Source of the DNA: Wickerhamiella versatilis
Lineage: Eukaryota
NCBI GenBank assembly: GCA_030867685.1
Contig: JAQOWU010000007.1
Span: forward strand, 2,418,001 to 2,482,000
Length of the DNA: 64,000 nucleotides
Direction of reading: 5' to 3'
The stretch's first letter is position 1; each line of letters starts with the position of its first letter. The position numbers and the translations under genes are program-made. Of the stretch, positions 11,457 through 21,702 are shown piece by piece. Below the pieces are notes generated by a model. That model worked only from the letters and a program-made list of their open reading frames with translations, had not been told where the DNA came from and did no database searches.

Positions 11457-12155
11457 ATGGTGCAAACTCGCGTTCTCGTAGTACTTCAAGCAGCGCTTCA
11501 GCTGACAGCGGCTCAAAGTAGCCCTACACTCACATTCTCGGTACCGTCGACCACTGTTGTGCCGTTCACTAGCCCAGCTGCCCTCGAAGCAAGCGTTCCT
11601 ACCAGTACCTCGAGTTGTCAGTGTAACAACGAAGACGTTCCTGGCGAAATTATCAACGTCTTGAAGAAAGCAGTCAGTGCCGCTACCAGCGCCTTTCAGT
11701 CAGGTATAAATATCTTTGATCTCACTGATCACATCAACTCACTGCAATCCGTGTTTAAGGACCTTTCTAGTATTTCGACTGAGATTGATTGTATCAGTTA
11801 TAATAGCCAGAGCGAGATTTTGAACCTCGTTTCTCAGGTATTGGAAATAATTCATCAGCTCCTGGAGGGCTTCAATTCCTTCGGAATCGTCGAAGCCATC
11901 AGTCCACTTGTACCGGGCCTCAATTTGATAATTGAAGGAATTTCAAGTATTATTGTTCAAGTTGGCGGTGGACTCTCACGACAACCATGCTGCGTGCTCT
12001 GGGGCGACGTAAATGCGTCATCTAAGTACATCAGTGATGTGAACACTATCATTGATGCTATCAATATTATACTGCCCTTGGCCAAATTGAGTCATGTGTC
12101 TGAATTCAGTCCCTCACTTTCATCTGGTAAATGCACCATGTCAGCTTCTGCTTAG
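11457..12155 (+). CDS. Secreted six-cysteine protein, copy B
   Basis: ATG at 11457 (MVQTRVLVVLQAALQLTAA); SCQCNN, DCIS, QPCC, GKC. Confidence 0.82.
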   Translation: MVQTRVLVVLQAALQLTAAQSSPTLTFSVPSTTVVPFTSPAALEASVPTSTSSCQCNNEDVPGEIINVLKKAVSAATSAFQSGINIFDLTDHINSLQSVFKDLSSISTEIDCISYNSQSEILNLVSQVLEIIHQLLEGFNSFGIVEAISPLVPGLNLIIEGISSIIVQVGGGLSRQPCCVLWGDVNASSKYISDVNTIIDAINIILPLAKLSHVSEFSPSLSSGKCTMSASA

Positions 12156-13073
12156 ACTGAAGCTTTGTCCATTTAGGCTTGTTTTCATCTTTTAGTTAGT
12201 CTTTTTAGTGAATAAGTTAGCGTCCTACCTAAAAACCTCCAACTCAAACGGCACGGCTGCGTGGAGTGAGTGATTCTCCCTTCATCCCCGGCCCATCCGT
12301 CTCGGGCTCTCCTCCTCCACTACCTGAGACTGGTTTGTCTTTGGTCACCGAAGTATGTGAAGCCCGTTGCAGTTCTACCAAGGCCCAGTGCATATTGGTA
12401 GTAGTAAAACAATGCAAACGATGGCGTGAAGCTGCAGTGGCAGCACATTAGCCAGGCATGAAAGATTCCTACGCAGAGTTCACCCTCTACACCCTAGAAT
12501 CACAAATCTAAGGCCAAAAATGAACAATATGGATGCTGGCTCTTTCAATTACTACCCTCAGACACGAATCCTGGTACACTTACATGGTTTGGCCCCATGT
12601 TTTCTAACGTCCAAATACCCTGGGTTAGGGTGTTGAACGGTGCACCCTTCACCGCTCTCTCTCCCCCGGAGATATTTGATTGCAAAAATACGGTGGGCCA
12701 CTAGGCCGCCCAATATTTATTTTCGAAGTATGTATGTGCCCAGGAAAAACATATCCCCTGCTCCAAGACATCTTTTGTCTTACCTATTCGGGAAGGATCT
12801 TCCCCTCGTGTCGTACTAAGAGCATTGACCGAGGCGAATGAACATGTTGAAGCTAATATGGCACTGAAATAGTTAAAAGAAATATATTGTGTATCCATCT
12901 ATACATATTCCCTTTCTCGGCCTCATGAAAATACTTGATCTCCCGTGCACAACGTTGCTGCGACAATACTTCACAAAGATGGGAATCACCGATACATGCA
13001 GTAGGATATAGGGTTACCCACGTCATTTGTAGAGTATTTAAATAGGTCGTAACACTCTCGGCATCAAATTAGT

Positions 13074-13772
13074 ATGGTGCAAGTTCGAGCTCTCGTGATA
13101 CTTCAGGCTGCTTTCCAATATACAGCGGCTGACGATGGTCCTACAGCCACATTCACGCCAGAGGCGAACGCTGTTATTCCTTTCACTAGCCCAGCTGCCC
13201 TCAAAGCAAGCGTTCCTACCAGTACCTCGAGTTGTCAGTGTAACAACGAAGATATTCCTGACGAAATTGTCAACGTCTTGAGCAAAGCAATGGATGCCGC
13301 TGGCGACACCTTTCAGTCAGGTATAAATGTCTTTAATGCCACTGACCATATCAACTCGCTGCAGTCTCTGTTCAATGACCTTGCTAATATTTCTGGTGAG
13401 ATTGACTGTATTAGCTATAATAGTCAGAGCGACATTTTGAACCTCGTTTCTCAGGTGTTGGAAATAACTCATCAGTTCCTGCAGGGCTTCAATTCCCTTG
13501 GAATTGTTCAATCCATCAGTTCACTTGTGCCGGGCCTCAATTTGATAATTGAAGGAATTTCAAGCACTATTGTTCAAGTTGGCGGTGGACTCTCACGACA
13601 ACCATGCTGCGTGCTATGGGGCGACGTAAATGCGTCATCTAATTACATCAATGATGTGAACAATATCATTGATAAGATCAATAAAGAACTACCCGGGGGA
13701 AAGTTGAGTCATGTATCCGGATTCGCTCTCACATTCTCATCTGGTAATTGCACCACGTCAGCTTCTGCTTAG
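13074..13772 (+). CDS. Secreted six-cysteine protein, copy C
   Basis: Signal peptide and the same Cys spacing; closest to copy B. Confidence 0.82.
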   Translation: MVQVRALVILQAAFQYTAADDGPTATFTPEANAVIPFTSPAALKASVPTSTSSCQCNNEDIPDEIVNVLSKAMDAAGDTFQSGINVFNATDHINSLQSLFNDLANISGEIDCISYNSQSDILNLVSQVLEITHQFLQGFNSLGIVQSISSLVPGLNLIIEGISSTIVQVGGGLSRQPCCVLWGDVNASSNYINDVNNIIDKINKELPGGKLSHVSGFALTFSSGNCTTSASA

Positions 13773-15227
13773 ACTGAAGCGTTGCCTAGTGATAATAAGG
13801 TTTGATTTTGTCTTCTAGTTAGTTTTTTTAGTGAATAAGTTTACTTCCTAGCTAAAAAAAAATACCAACTCAAACGGCACCTTTGCATGCACTGAATTAT
13901 GGATGCTGGCTCTTTCAAGCACTACCCTCAGACCTGATTAGCCGTATCCCGATAAATATTTCATTACCACGAGCGTCACGAGTCCTGGATACACTTACAC
14001 GATCTGTTTTGCGCACATTTATTCACATGTCGCTATTCTCCTCGACCGGTATCTCGTCCCATATCTTGTAGTAACGGGAAAACATTTGTCACTTCGCATA
14101 AGAAGGGTGGCTTATTCTCAATAGAGCGTGAAGACAGATATTCGACAAATATAACAGCTAGCTTTACCTAGGATAGCGAATTAGCCTTCATGCTGTTGTA
14201 GAGCCTCTGGAGTAAGAATTACCATGAAGTTGACCTGTGAACTATCAGGATCGTATAATAATTCCAAGCTGGTGACATGTTATGATTCAAGCGAAGGAAT
14301 CGTTCCAATATGGTAGCTTGATGCGAATATATATAGTGGATAGGGTGGTCGTAACCATAGTTCGATGAAACTCTTGCCAGTGGCTAGAGTCCCTGGGCTA
14401 GCCCTAGTTGTTGGGTACTCTATGCCATTCAGCTTTTTCCAGGCCGGGCTTGGCACTTTCAGACGCCCACTATTTGGACCGATGATAGTTGCAGTTGGAT
14501 GAAGTTGCCTTCTGGCCGTTCACGTGGCAAGATTTGTTGGATAGAGGGCGTGTTCCAAGAAGGGTTGTCTATATGCGACTCCTAAAACTACCTAATTATA
14601 GACTCTAGGGAACTCATGCCACGAAACTTGTCTCCCAGGTTTCTGTTATATTCACAATATGTGATGGACATGGAGGCTCCTCCACCGAGAAGTTTTCATG
14701 AGCACAATGACTAAGAGGCTATGCAATTACTCATAAAAATCACAGCAATACGTGGTGATGAAATCGATATTACAATCGCCGAGATCGCATAAGCCGATCT
14801 CGGCGTTTGACAATGTCCCACACCAAGCTCTCATGGATGAGGTGACAAGTACAAGACATTACCCGTGAGTAATGGCTAATTTTCCTGTGTCTATTTCGTA
14901 CAGTGCTCGCCTAGACATTCAATAAGTTATACAGATATATCCACGCACCTGAGGATATGCAGGGTTCTCACGTAATTCCATTCCGCACCGATCGGATTAT
15001 TGAAGTGCTTTTATGCGGCTCAGTACTAGACAGCATATGTCAGTATGTAAATGCTGGTTTTTCATAGATTTTCCTCTAAAAGGGCCGTCTCGAAGACGAC
15101 TCATATTGGCTCGAGCTGCAACACCATCTACTCGCCTTTGCATACGCAATGACAAATCTTTTCAAATAGGGTTCTACCACCCATCATTTAAGTACGCACA
15201 TGGTAAGCCAGTTTGTATTGTTACGAA

Positions 15228-16640
15228 ATGGTTAGATCTGGATTGTTCGCCACTCTGCTGGCCACCGCTGCTGCTCGTAACTTTTCCTTCAGCGAGAAGG
15301 TCCACACCTTCAGCAACGAAAGTATATATGAGACTGGATACGACAGCCGCACCGGGGCCCTTTATATAACTTCGGCCATAGGAGCACCTCCCGTCCACAA
15401 CTCCACCTTGATCAAATTCGATCTCGAGTCATGGAAACAGGTCGAGGCCGTCAAGCCAAGGCCCTATAACGGGACCGAGTACCAGTCCAAGGCATCTTTG
15501 TACGCGGTGTACGGTATCAAGATCGACGAAGAAACTGGATACGTCTGGGTAACCAACCCCCGTCAGAGCACGTTTGCTGTGTATGATGGTTCTGACCTTT
15601 CCCTAATTAAGCAGTTCCCTGTTGATTCCTCGCCACATGCCAGCTTCATTGACTTCTACAAGAAGGACATCTATGTGACTACGGCTGCCGGTAAGATTGA
15701 TATTTTTAACCGCAGCTCGTACGAAAAGAAAGGTAGCGTCAGCCTTAACACAACGGGCAAGTTCGAGAACGTCATGCAGCCCTATGTTGATCAAAGCTCG
15801 GGTGTCCTCTACACCGTCAGCTTGAACACCCCCACTGCTGCGGCCGTCGATCTTGAGAACGGAAATAAGGTCACATACTATGACCTTGGAAGCGAAATTG
15901 AAAAGGCATCTGGAGTGGCTTATGACAGTAAGCGTAATCACCTCTTCGTTGTCTCGCAGGGTAACAACGAGACTGTTGTTCTAGACACCAACAGTGGTGA
16001 TGTGATCAAGAGGATTCCAACTGATGCGACAGGTCTGAGTGCTCTCTATGAGCCTGTGTACGACCTGGTGTACTACAACAGCCAGAAGCAAGGTGTTACT
16101 GTCGTTATCGATGCTGAGACGCTGGAGGTGGTGACCACGTTGCAAAGTGGTATTGACTCTAACCACATCTCTGCCGGACCCAACGGTACCATCTTCGTGA
16201 CCAACCGTATTCCCCAGCCTCCGACCAAACTTCACGCCTACACCCCGCACGCTATCTCCAATTCCTCTAACTCTTCCTCTGCAGGTGCTGGTAAGTCCGG
16301 CGTCGTCACGAGCCTAGCCACGGCTAGCCCTAGTACCGAGGCCTTCGGTACCACGAAGACAGCTAACGCTACATACTTTACCACATACTGTCCCTCCCCG
16401 ACCACTTTCGCCTACGGCTCCTCCACATATACTGTTACAGAGGCCACCACCTTGAGTATTGAGGACTGCGGTTGCACTGAGAACGTGTCTAACTCTAGCT
16501 CTGGCCTTGGCCCAGCCACTAGCGGTGCTATTGCGGCCTCTGCATCCACATCTGCTCCTGCTGTTGCCAATGCAGCAACTGGCTCGTTTGCCCTTGGTGT
16601 ATCAGGAATCATTGCTGCGGTCGTGGCCCAGCTAATCTAG
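15228..16640 (+). CDS. GPI-anchored cell-wall protein: YncE/YVTN-like beta-propeller plus Sed1/Ccw12-type TTYCP module
   Basis: Signal peptide from ATG 15228; propeller blades (LYITSAIGAPPV, AVYGIKIDEETGYVWVTNPRQST, SGVAYDSKRNHLFVVSQG); TTYCPSPTTFAYGSSTYTVTEATTLSIEDCGCT; S/A-rich stalk; hydrophobic C-terminal GPI signal. Confidence 0.8.
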   Translation: MVRSGLFATLLATAAARNFSFSEKVHTFSNESIYETGYDSRTGALYITSAIGAPPVHNSTLIKFDLESWKQVEAVKPRPYNGTEYQSKASLYAVYGIKIDEETGYVWVTNPRQSTFAVYDGSDLSLIKQFPVDSSPHASFIDFYKKDIYVTTAAGKIDIFNRSSYEKKGSVSLNTTGKFENVMQPYVDQSSGVLYTVSLNTPTAAAVDLENGNKVTYYDLGSEIEKASGVAYDSKRNHLFVVSQGNNETVVLDTNSGDVIKRIPTDATGLSALYEPVYDLVYYNSQKQGVTVVIDAETLEVVTTLQSGIDSNHISAGPNGTIFVTNRIPQPPTKLHAYTPHAISNSSNSSSAGAGKSGVVTSLATASPSTEAFGTTKTANATYFTTYCPSPTTFAYGSSTYTVTEATTLSIEDCGCTENVSNSSSGLGPATSGAIAASASTSAPAVANAATGSFALGVSGIIAAVVAQLI

Positions 16641-16862
16641 TTACGCTAATTGCAAGATCAAGATGGTCATGTAGTTACATTGATGTAATATAATAGTATG
16701 GAATTAATCCACGTTACGCTCTTCATAATAGAATGGCCATGGAATATAGGCCAGCAAATGCTCCAATAGGCCCCACTACGCTGGACATTGGGCAAACTCT
16801 GGTTATTCCCCCTGGAACGGCACACAGTATGCCATGATTTAGGCAGCCATAGCGTCTCTTGT

Positions 16863-17200
16863 GTCGCGCGAAAACGTCTAACTTCACTCTAATTCAGTAT
16901 GGGATGAGCCTATCGTGAACCCAAATTTCCTTACAAGTCCTGCTGATAAGGCCCTAGCTACTGTAACATAAAAGCTTGTGCATCAGATTTTGGCCTTCCA
17001 TAAAAAAATTCGTCGATTATGAGGCATGCTCTGGTCTACAGTATGCCACTGATAAACACATCCTCTCAGCCATTGCGTCTAGCAGCACCACCCTCTCGCA
17101 TGCATCTTACACAGCTCGTATGGGAAGTAACATTTCAAACGGTGTCATAGACGGCCAAGCTAGAGCATTTGGTGTCAATGGTCTTCGACTTGTTGACGCA
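16863..17200 (+). pseudogene. Degraded C-terminal fragment of a GMC oxidoreductase
   Basis: SRENV*LHSNSVWDEPIVNPNFLTSPADKALA followed downstream by HASYTARMG...GVIDGQARAFGVNGLRLVDA, both GMC_oxred_C signatures; internal stop and no N-terminal FAD domain. Confidence 0.75.
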
Positions 17201-17268
17201 ATTCGGGGGAGTTCACAATGTCGTGCGATTTGAGATCGTTGGCCGATTAGATAATAAAAAGGATCAAA

Positions 17269-17282
17269 GTGCCGGACCGAAG
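17269..17282 (+). promoter_or_regulatory. GTGCCGGACCGAAG motif upstream of the Zn2Cys6 TF
   Basis: Exact reverse complement of 21668-21681 and 2 mismatches to 22641-22654; contains CGG/CCG triplets. Confidence 0.6.
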
Positions 17283-17321
17283 AATTGCAATCTCATTACT
17301 CACCCAAGATAGTTCCATGTC

Positions 17322-19283
17322 ATGTCGCACCGTATTGAGAGGCAGAAACAGAATCGCGTGACTGTGGCCTGCGATAATTGTAGGCAGCGCAAGATTCGTT
17401 GTGATGCAGGAAAACCAGTCTGTAAACGGTGTAATGAGCTCGGTTCCAAATGTGAGTACACTCCATCTGAAAGACAGCTGATGTCTGACGCGCGGTTCTC
17501 AGCCATCCACGAGCGGTTAGATCATGTTGATGAAACTATGAGCTCGCTGGCTTCCAGCATGAAGGTTATTGTTTCCAAGGTGAATGGGCTGTTAGCAGAA
17601 AGTAGTGGATCCATGCCCTCTAAACCGGCCCCCCGGGATCCTAACCAATTCGAAAACGAAAATCATCAGTCCAGTGCTGTTTTAAAACCCCCAATGCAAC
17701 AGATACCTCAATTCAATGATAGGCTGTCACATATGAAAATCCACACAAATGGAGATCAGGTGAGCACAACTGTGTACTTGTCAAGTGTGTTTCTTTCCAT
17801 ACTAAGCCCCAAGGATATTGACTTCCTTGTTCATATATTAAATGATAGTCTTCTACCAGAGCGCCTCGAAGCAGTATCTTATAACGTATGGTGGAAAACC
17901 CAGGATGCGTATAGGAAACTAGCAGCTCCCTCGAACGATTGTAACGAGTTCCAGCCCGATGCTTCCCTTCTTGATGTAGGGATGACGTCTTCGAGAGAGC
18001 GCCCTCATCATTACGTTAAGACTCTTCTACCAGCTGAGGAAATCGATTTGGTGGAATGGACCTCTCTAGCGGAGCCACTTGCAAATGGTCTGAGGGCCGC
18101 CATGATAATCGTCGGTTGCTTGAATGTCAAAAATAAACCAGGCTATGGAGGATTTGCTAAGGATCTTGTGGTCTCGCAGGAGAGGGCCGCTTATTTTCAG
18201 GCCATTAGGACCTTGAACTGGATGCGCTTTTCCACTCCATCATTTTTTTCTGTTAGGGTAGCAATTCTGCTTTCACTTTTCCTCGTTATCTGTTCAAATG
18301 TACCTGGGGTATTCAACCTAGTGGACATTATCGTGGATATGTGCAAGGCGATCAAGCTTGATCGTCCAGAGGTTCAGAGAAAGTACCCTCGTGAAATGGG
18401 GGAATGGAGGGAGCATGTTTGGTTTATGGGTTCGAATTTGATGTATTGCTATTACATTACTCTCTACCTGAAACCTTCGGGCATTACATTTACATCCAGC
18501 GATCTTTCTCAAACCGTCTTTGGCCGTCCAGACTTAGCTGACCAACGAAGGATGGTTGAACATGCTATGAAGATTCATCAAATTTATGATATGACTTATG
18601 AACAATTATTTCGCATATCAAGTCGTAATTGCTCGCCAGACGAATTGTTGAACGATATCCGAATTCTAGGGAAGGAACTAAGAGGGTGGGGGGAAGGGTT
18701 CTCCTGGGACTCAACCAAAATTCATTTTTCCAAGACATTTAGCGATTGCAATGACTTTCTTTCAATGTTTCAGTTGGGAAATCTCTATTATAAATATTTC
18801 CATACCACTATTGCCGTCTACTCAATTCCTGCATTTTATCCTAGCTGTCTCCCTGAGGTAGTACCGAATGCGCTGGACCTGGTTTCGAGTGCGGCACGAG
18901 AACTATACAAAATTGGATTAATGAGTGAAGAGATGGGAAGTGAATGCACTGCAATTAGCACTGTTGCTGTAACACCGGCAGTCTGTACTCTGCTTTACAA
19001 GCAGTTATGTTACCCTACCCACGAGTCTAATTCAGACGACCTGAAGCTGCTCAAAGATACCATCCATCGTTTTGATCGAATGAGGTGGCCATTGACCAGT
19101 GGTCGGACTCCACAAGGCGAAATATGGCAGGTTCTTCTGGATATCATGGAACGGCATTATCAGTTACATAATGTGAGCGCGGAGTCGGAAATAATCGCAG
19201 AAAAACCGGCAGCAGCCTACGCGCAGCATGATCTCTTGGCACAAGAGTACGTGGATGAGATGAATCAATGCATCGTCATTTAA
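17322..19283 (+). CDS. Zn(II)2Cys6 fungal transcription factor
   Basis: ACDNCRQRKIRCDAGKPVCKRCNELGSKCEY binuclear cluster, coiled-coil dimerisation segment, fungal TF middle region. Confidence 0.95.
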   Translation: MSHRIERQKQNRVTVACDNCRQRKIRCDAGKPVCKRCNELGSKCEYTPSERQLMSDARFSAIHERLDHVDETMSSLASSMKVIVSKVNGLLAESSGSMPSKPAPRDPNQFENENHQSSAVLKPPMQQIPQFNDRLSHMKIHTNGDQVSTTVYLSSVFLSILSPKDIDFLVHILNDSLLPERLEAVSYNVWWKTQDAYRKLAAPSNDCNEFQPDASLLDVGMTSSRERPHHYVKTLLPAEEIDLVEWTSLAEPLANGLRAAMIIVGCLNVKNKPGYGGFAKDLVVSQERAAYFQAIRTLNWMRFSTPSFFSVRVAILLSLFLVICSNVPGVFNLVDIIVDMCKAIKLDRPEVQRKYPREMGEWREHVWFMGSNLMYCYYITLYLKPSGITFTSSDLSQTVFGRPDLADQRRMVEHAMKIHQIYDMTYEQLFRISSRNCSPDELLNDIRILGKELRGWGEGFSWDSTKIHFSKTFSDCNDFLSMFQLGNLYYKYFHTTIAVYSIPAFYPSCLPEVVPNALDLVSSAARELYKIGLMSEEMGSECTAISTVAVTPAVCTLLYKQLCYPTHESNSDDLKLLKDTIHRFDRMRWPLTSGRTPQGEIWQVLLDIMERHYQLHNVSAESEIIAEKPAAAYAQHDLLAQEYVDEMNQCIVI

Positions 19284-19689
19284 AGCATCTTAGTTTTTAA
19301 CGATCTTATGTGGAACGTTTGAATCGGTCATTCCACGATGACTAGGTGATAATGAATATCGATAACATAAATTATCTGAGATAATCACTTGACTTCAAGT
19401 TAGGCCCGTGGTAAACCATACAGTTCACTCTTTATTGTATATTATTTTTGGGTCTGAACTTATATGTAGATGCAAAGGTGGGTACTTCTGTGCCTCCTGT
19501 CAGGGGGAAAGCAAAACAAGCAGTCATATGCTAAGGAAGTGTGATCACATGCATACTTCGCACTAACCTCTTCTATACACATGTACATACAACTACAAAC
19601 TAATAGTCGTAGGCTTGTCTCGACCGTATTAACCTGCCCGCGAATATTTTTATCTAACCTATCACAAGGAATCACTCCTTCTTACCAAT

Positions 19690-20142
19690 CTATAGGGCTG
19701 CTTGCCAGCCCTTATAGAGGGCAAACCCAAATCCAAAGAGAACTCCTGCCACTCTATAGAGGTGCAAATAGGACCACTTGTCGAAAAGTGCCTCAACCTC
19801 AGCCACGTCAATCTCACCAATTGGCGTGGCTTCAAGAGACATAAGCCTGTTATTTGTTGGCAACATAACCAATATCGTATAGGGTATGATTGACAAAATA
19901 CTCACAGTAGAGGGCAGCAGTGTTGTCTTACCCGAGAACCAGAAAAACCCTGCCGACACTAAGGCAAGTATCGGCATGCTAGACTTACCAGCTTCATATG
20001 ATGAAATCCAGATATTCAGACGCTCGCTAATGGGAAACTGCTTGGTGTAGAGAAAGAGACGGTTACAGACAATGGGATACGCTGACACTAGGCCTGACGC
20101 TATACCAGATGAGAATAAACCGCAGTAATACAGTGCACTCAT
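19690..20142 (-). CDS. DUF1772 / anthrone oxygenase-like small membrane protein, copy 1
   Basis: IIPYTILVMLPTNNRL...LFDKWSYLHLYR motif typical of DUF1772; about 4 hydrophobic segments. Confidence 0.8.
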   Translation of the reverse strand: MSALYYCGLFSSGIASGLVSAYPIVCNRLFLYTKQFPISERLNIWISSYEAGKSSMPILALVSAGFFWFSGKTTLLPSTVSILSIIPYTILVMLPTNNRLMSLEATPIGEIDVAEVEALFDKWSYLHLYRVAGVLFGFGFALYKGWQAAL

Positions 20143-20391
20143 TTCTATTCAAGTTACGGGACGTCCCAGGGTCCCCAAGTAATTTGGGTATATATACGTA
20201 TACTTGGTTTTCACGTGACTATAGATTCTTGCGACTTATGACTAATTAGGAAAATGGTATTTTTTTTGCCTTTTTGGACTCTCCGGTGACCCTCTTTCGT
20301 TCCAATTGACTCAATTTGGGCAGAACTTTCGACAGAACAATGGAATAAATAGAGTGTGTTTTGTGATTTTGTGATTACATAGAGAATAACC

Positions 20392-21585
20392 TTATTGATA
20401 GACGATTCCATGTGCCCACTTCACGAAAAAGTCAGCACCTTTGATCTTTCTAACCATAAACCCAAACGGTACAAGCCATGACATCTGTCCAGTTCCAGTC
20501 TCGGGACCTGTGGGAACTAGTGTGATCCATCGACCTTCATGGTATGACTTACTCGGGGCTTTTCCTGACAATTCCGATTTTACGTTTGAGGACACCACTG
20601 ACGCCTCCTGAACGGCCCTTATAAACAGTTTCTGTTTGTAGTTTGTCACATCACCCGCAGCATAAATACCGTCGGCTACTTTCATATGCTTATCGACCTT
20701 TAACCACCCGTCCTCCGACAGGAACGACTTGGGGACAAAATCGGTATTGGGCCTAACTCCAATAGAAGGAATGTATAAATCCGCTTCAAGAGCTGTACCT
20801 GATTCAAGATTAGCCAGGCCATTCTCGTAACCAGTGACCTTAGCGTTTGTGATTACCTCCACATTCATATTCTTCAGTTGTTTCTCTGCGGCATCACTGG
20901 CTGGTTGTCTCAACTGGCCTAGCAGTCGTGGCCCATGGGTTGCCAGCATAATATTTTTGCCTGGATAAGAATATGCAATTTCTCCTGCAAGTTCAGTTCC
21001 TAGGGGTCCACCACCGCCTATCAGGATGCTGCCAGCGCTCGCTATTTTCTGCTGAAGATCTCTGATGGATCCGGCCACATCTTGAGATGCCTTAAATGTT
21101 CGACAGCTAGTAGTACTGCCAGTAGCTATTACAAGATAGTCATAAGAAAGGCTTTGCCCATTCGTCAACGATACTATTTTGTTCCTGGGATCAAGCGATT
21201 TTGAGGCGGATTCAACGAACTCAAACTTGGTGCCATACTTCTCAAAGCCTGTCTTCAAAGGGAAAAGATACTGGTCTCTGTGGAAGGCCTTAGGATTAGC
21301 TACAATGCGAGGTCCCGCAATGCAAAAATAGAATTCGTCACGCGGATTCACTAACGTCACCTTAACATCTCTGCATCCTTTGAGTAATGAATGTGCCACG
21401 TTCACACCAGCGAATGAGCCACCGAGAATAACAACATTTTTGGTATTTGCTGTAGAAGTAAAAGACTTACTTGAGCTGCCCAACCGATTCTGCGTGGCAC
21501 AGCGACCTCGCATCAAGGGAACGGCAATTAACAGCCCAAGCGCAACGCCAGATGCCATTATACCACGTCCAGATAAGCATCTCAT
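20392..21585 (-). CDS. AMID/AIF-like (pyridine nucleotide-disulfide family) FAD/NADH oxidoreductase
   Basis: VVILGGSFAG, YDYLVIATGS, ILIGGGGPLGTELAGEI, IYAAGDV. Likely start is ATG 21585, downstream of a TATA-like run near 21631-21643. Confidence 0.88.
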   Translation of the reverse strand: MRCLSGRGIMASGVALGLLIAVPLMRGRCATQNRLGSSSKSFTSTANTKNVVILGGSFAGVNVAHSLLKGCRDVKVTLVNPRDEFYFCIAGPRIVANPKAFHRDQYLFPLKTGFEKYGTKFEFVESASKSLDPRNKIVSLTNGQSLSYDYLVIATGSTTSCRTFKASQDVAGSIRDLQQKIASAGSILIGGGGPLGTELAGEIAYSYPGKNIMLATHGPRLLGQLRQPASDAAEKQLKNMNVEVITNAKVTGYENGLANLESGTALEADLYIPSIGVRPNTDFVPKSFLSEDGWLKVDKHMKVADGIYAAGDVTNYKQKLFIRAVQEASVVSSNVKSELSGKAPSKSYHEGRWITLVPTGPETGTGQMSWLVPFGFMVRKIKGADFFVKWAHGIVYQ

Positions 21586-21667
21586 TTCAAAGAAGTGAAT
21601 AAAAGAGAATTGAATTTGGACAAGAAATCTTATACATATATATAGTATTTCGTATAAAAGTCTAGGC

Positions 21668-21702
21668 CTTCGGTCCGGCACTCTCTTCCGTCATTATGTC
21701 AT
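21668..21702 (-). promoter_or_regulatory. GTGCCGGACCGAAG plus ATGACATAAT motif pair upstream of the AMID-like gene
   Basis: Plus strand CTTCGGTCCGGCAC...CCGTCATTATGTCAT; the same arrangement occurs at 22641-22675. Confidence 0.6.

Larger units (their letters stand above)
11000..13930 (+). repeat. Tandem duplication, period approx. 1.6 kb (approx. 11000-12560 and 12610-13930)
   Basis: CAAATACCCT(A/G)GG(T)TTAGGGTG starts both units (approx. 11003 and 12612); promoter blocks, CDSs and 3' UTRs are collinear and highly similar. Confidence 0.85.

Noticed and set aside
21586-21681. N-terminal extension of the AMID-like ORF from GTG at 21681
   Set aside because: Non-ATG start in a eukaryote; the region contains a TATA-like run and the shared promoter motif, so ATG 21585 is preferred.
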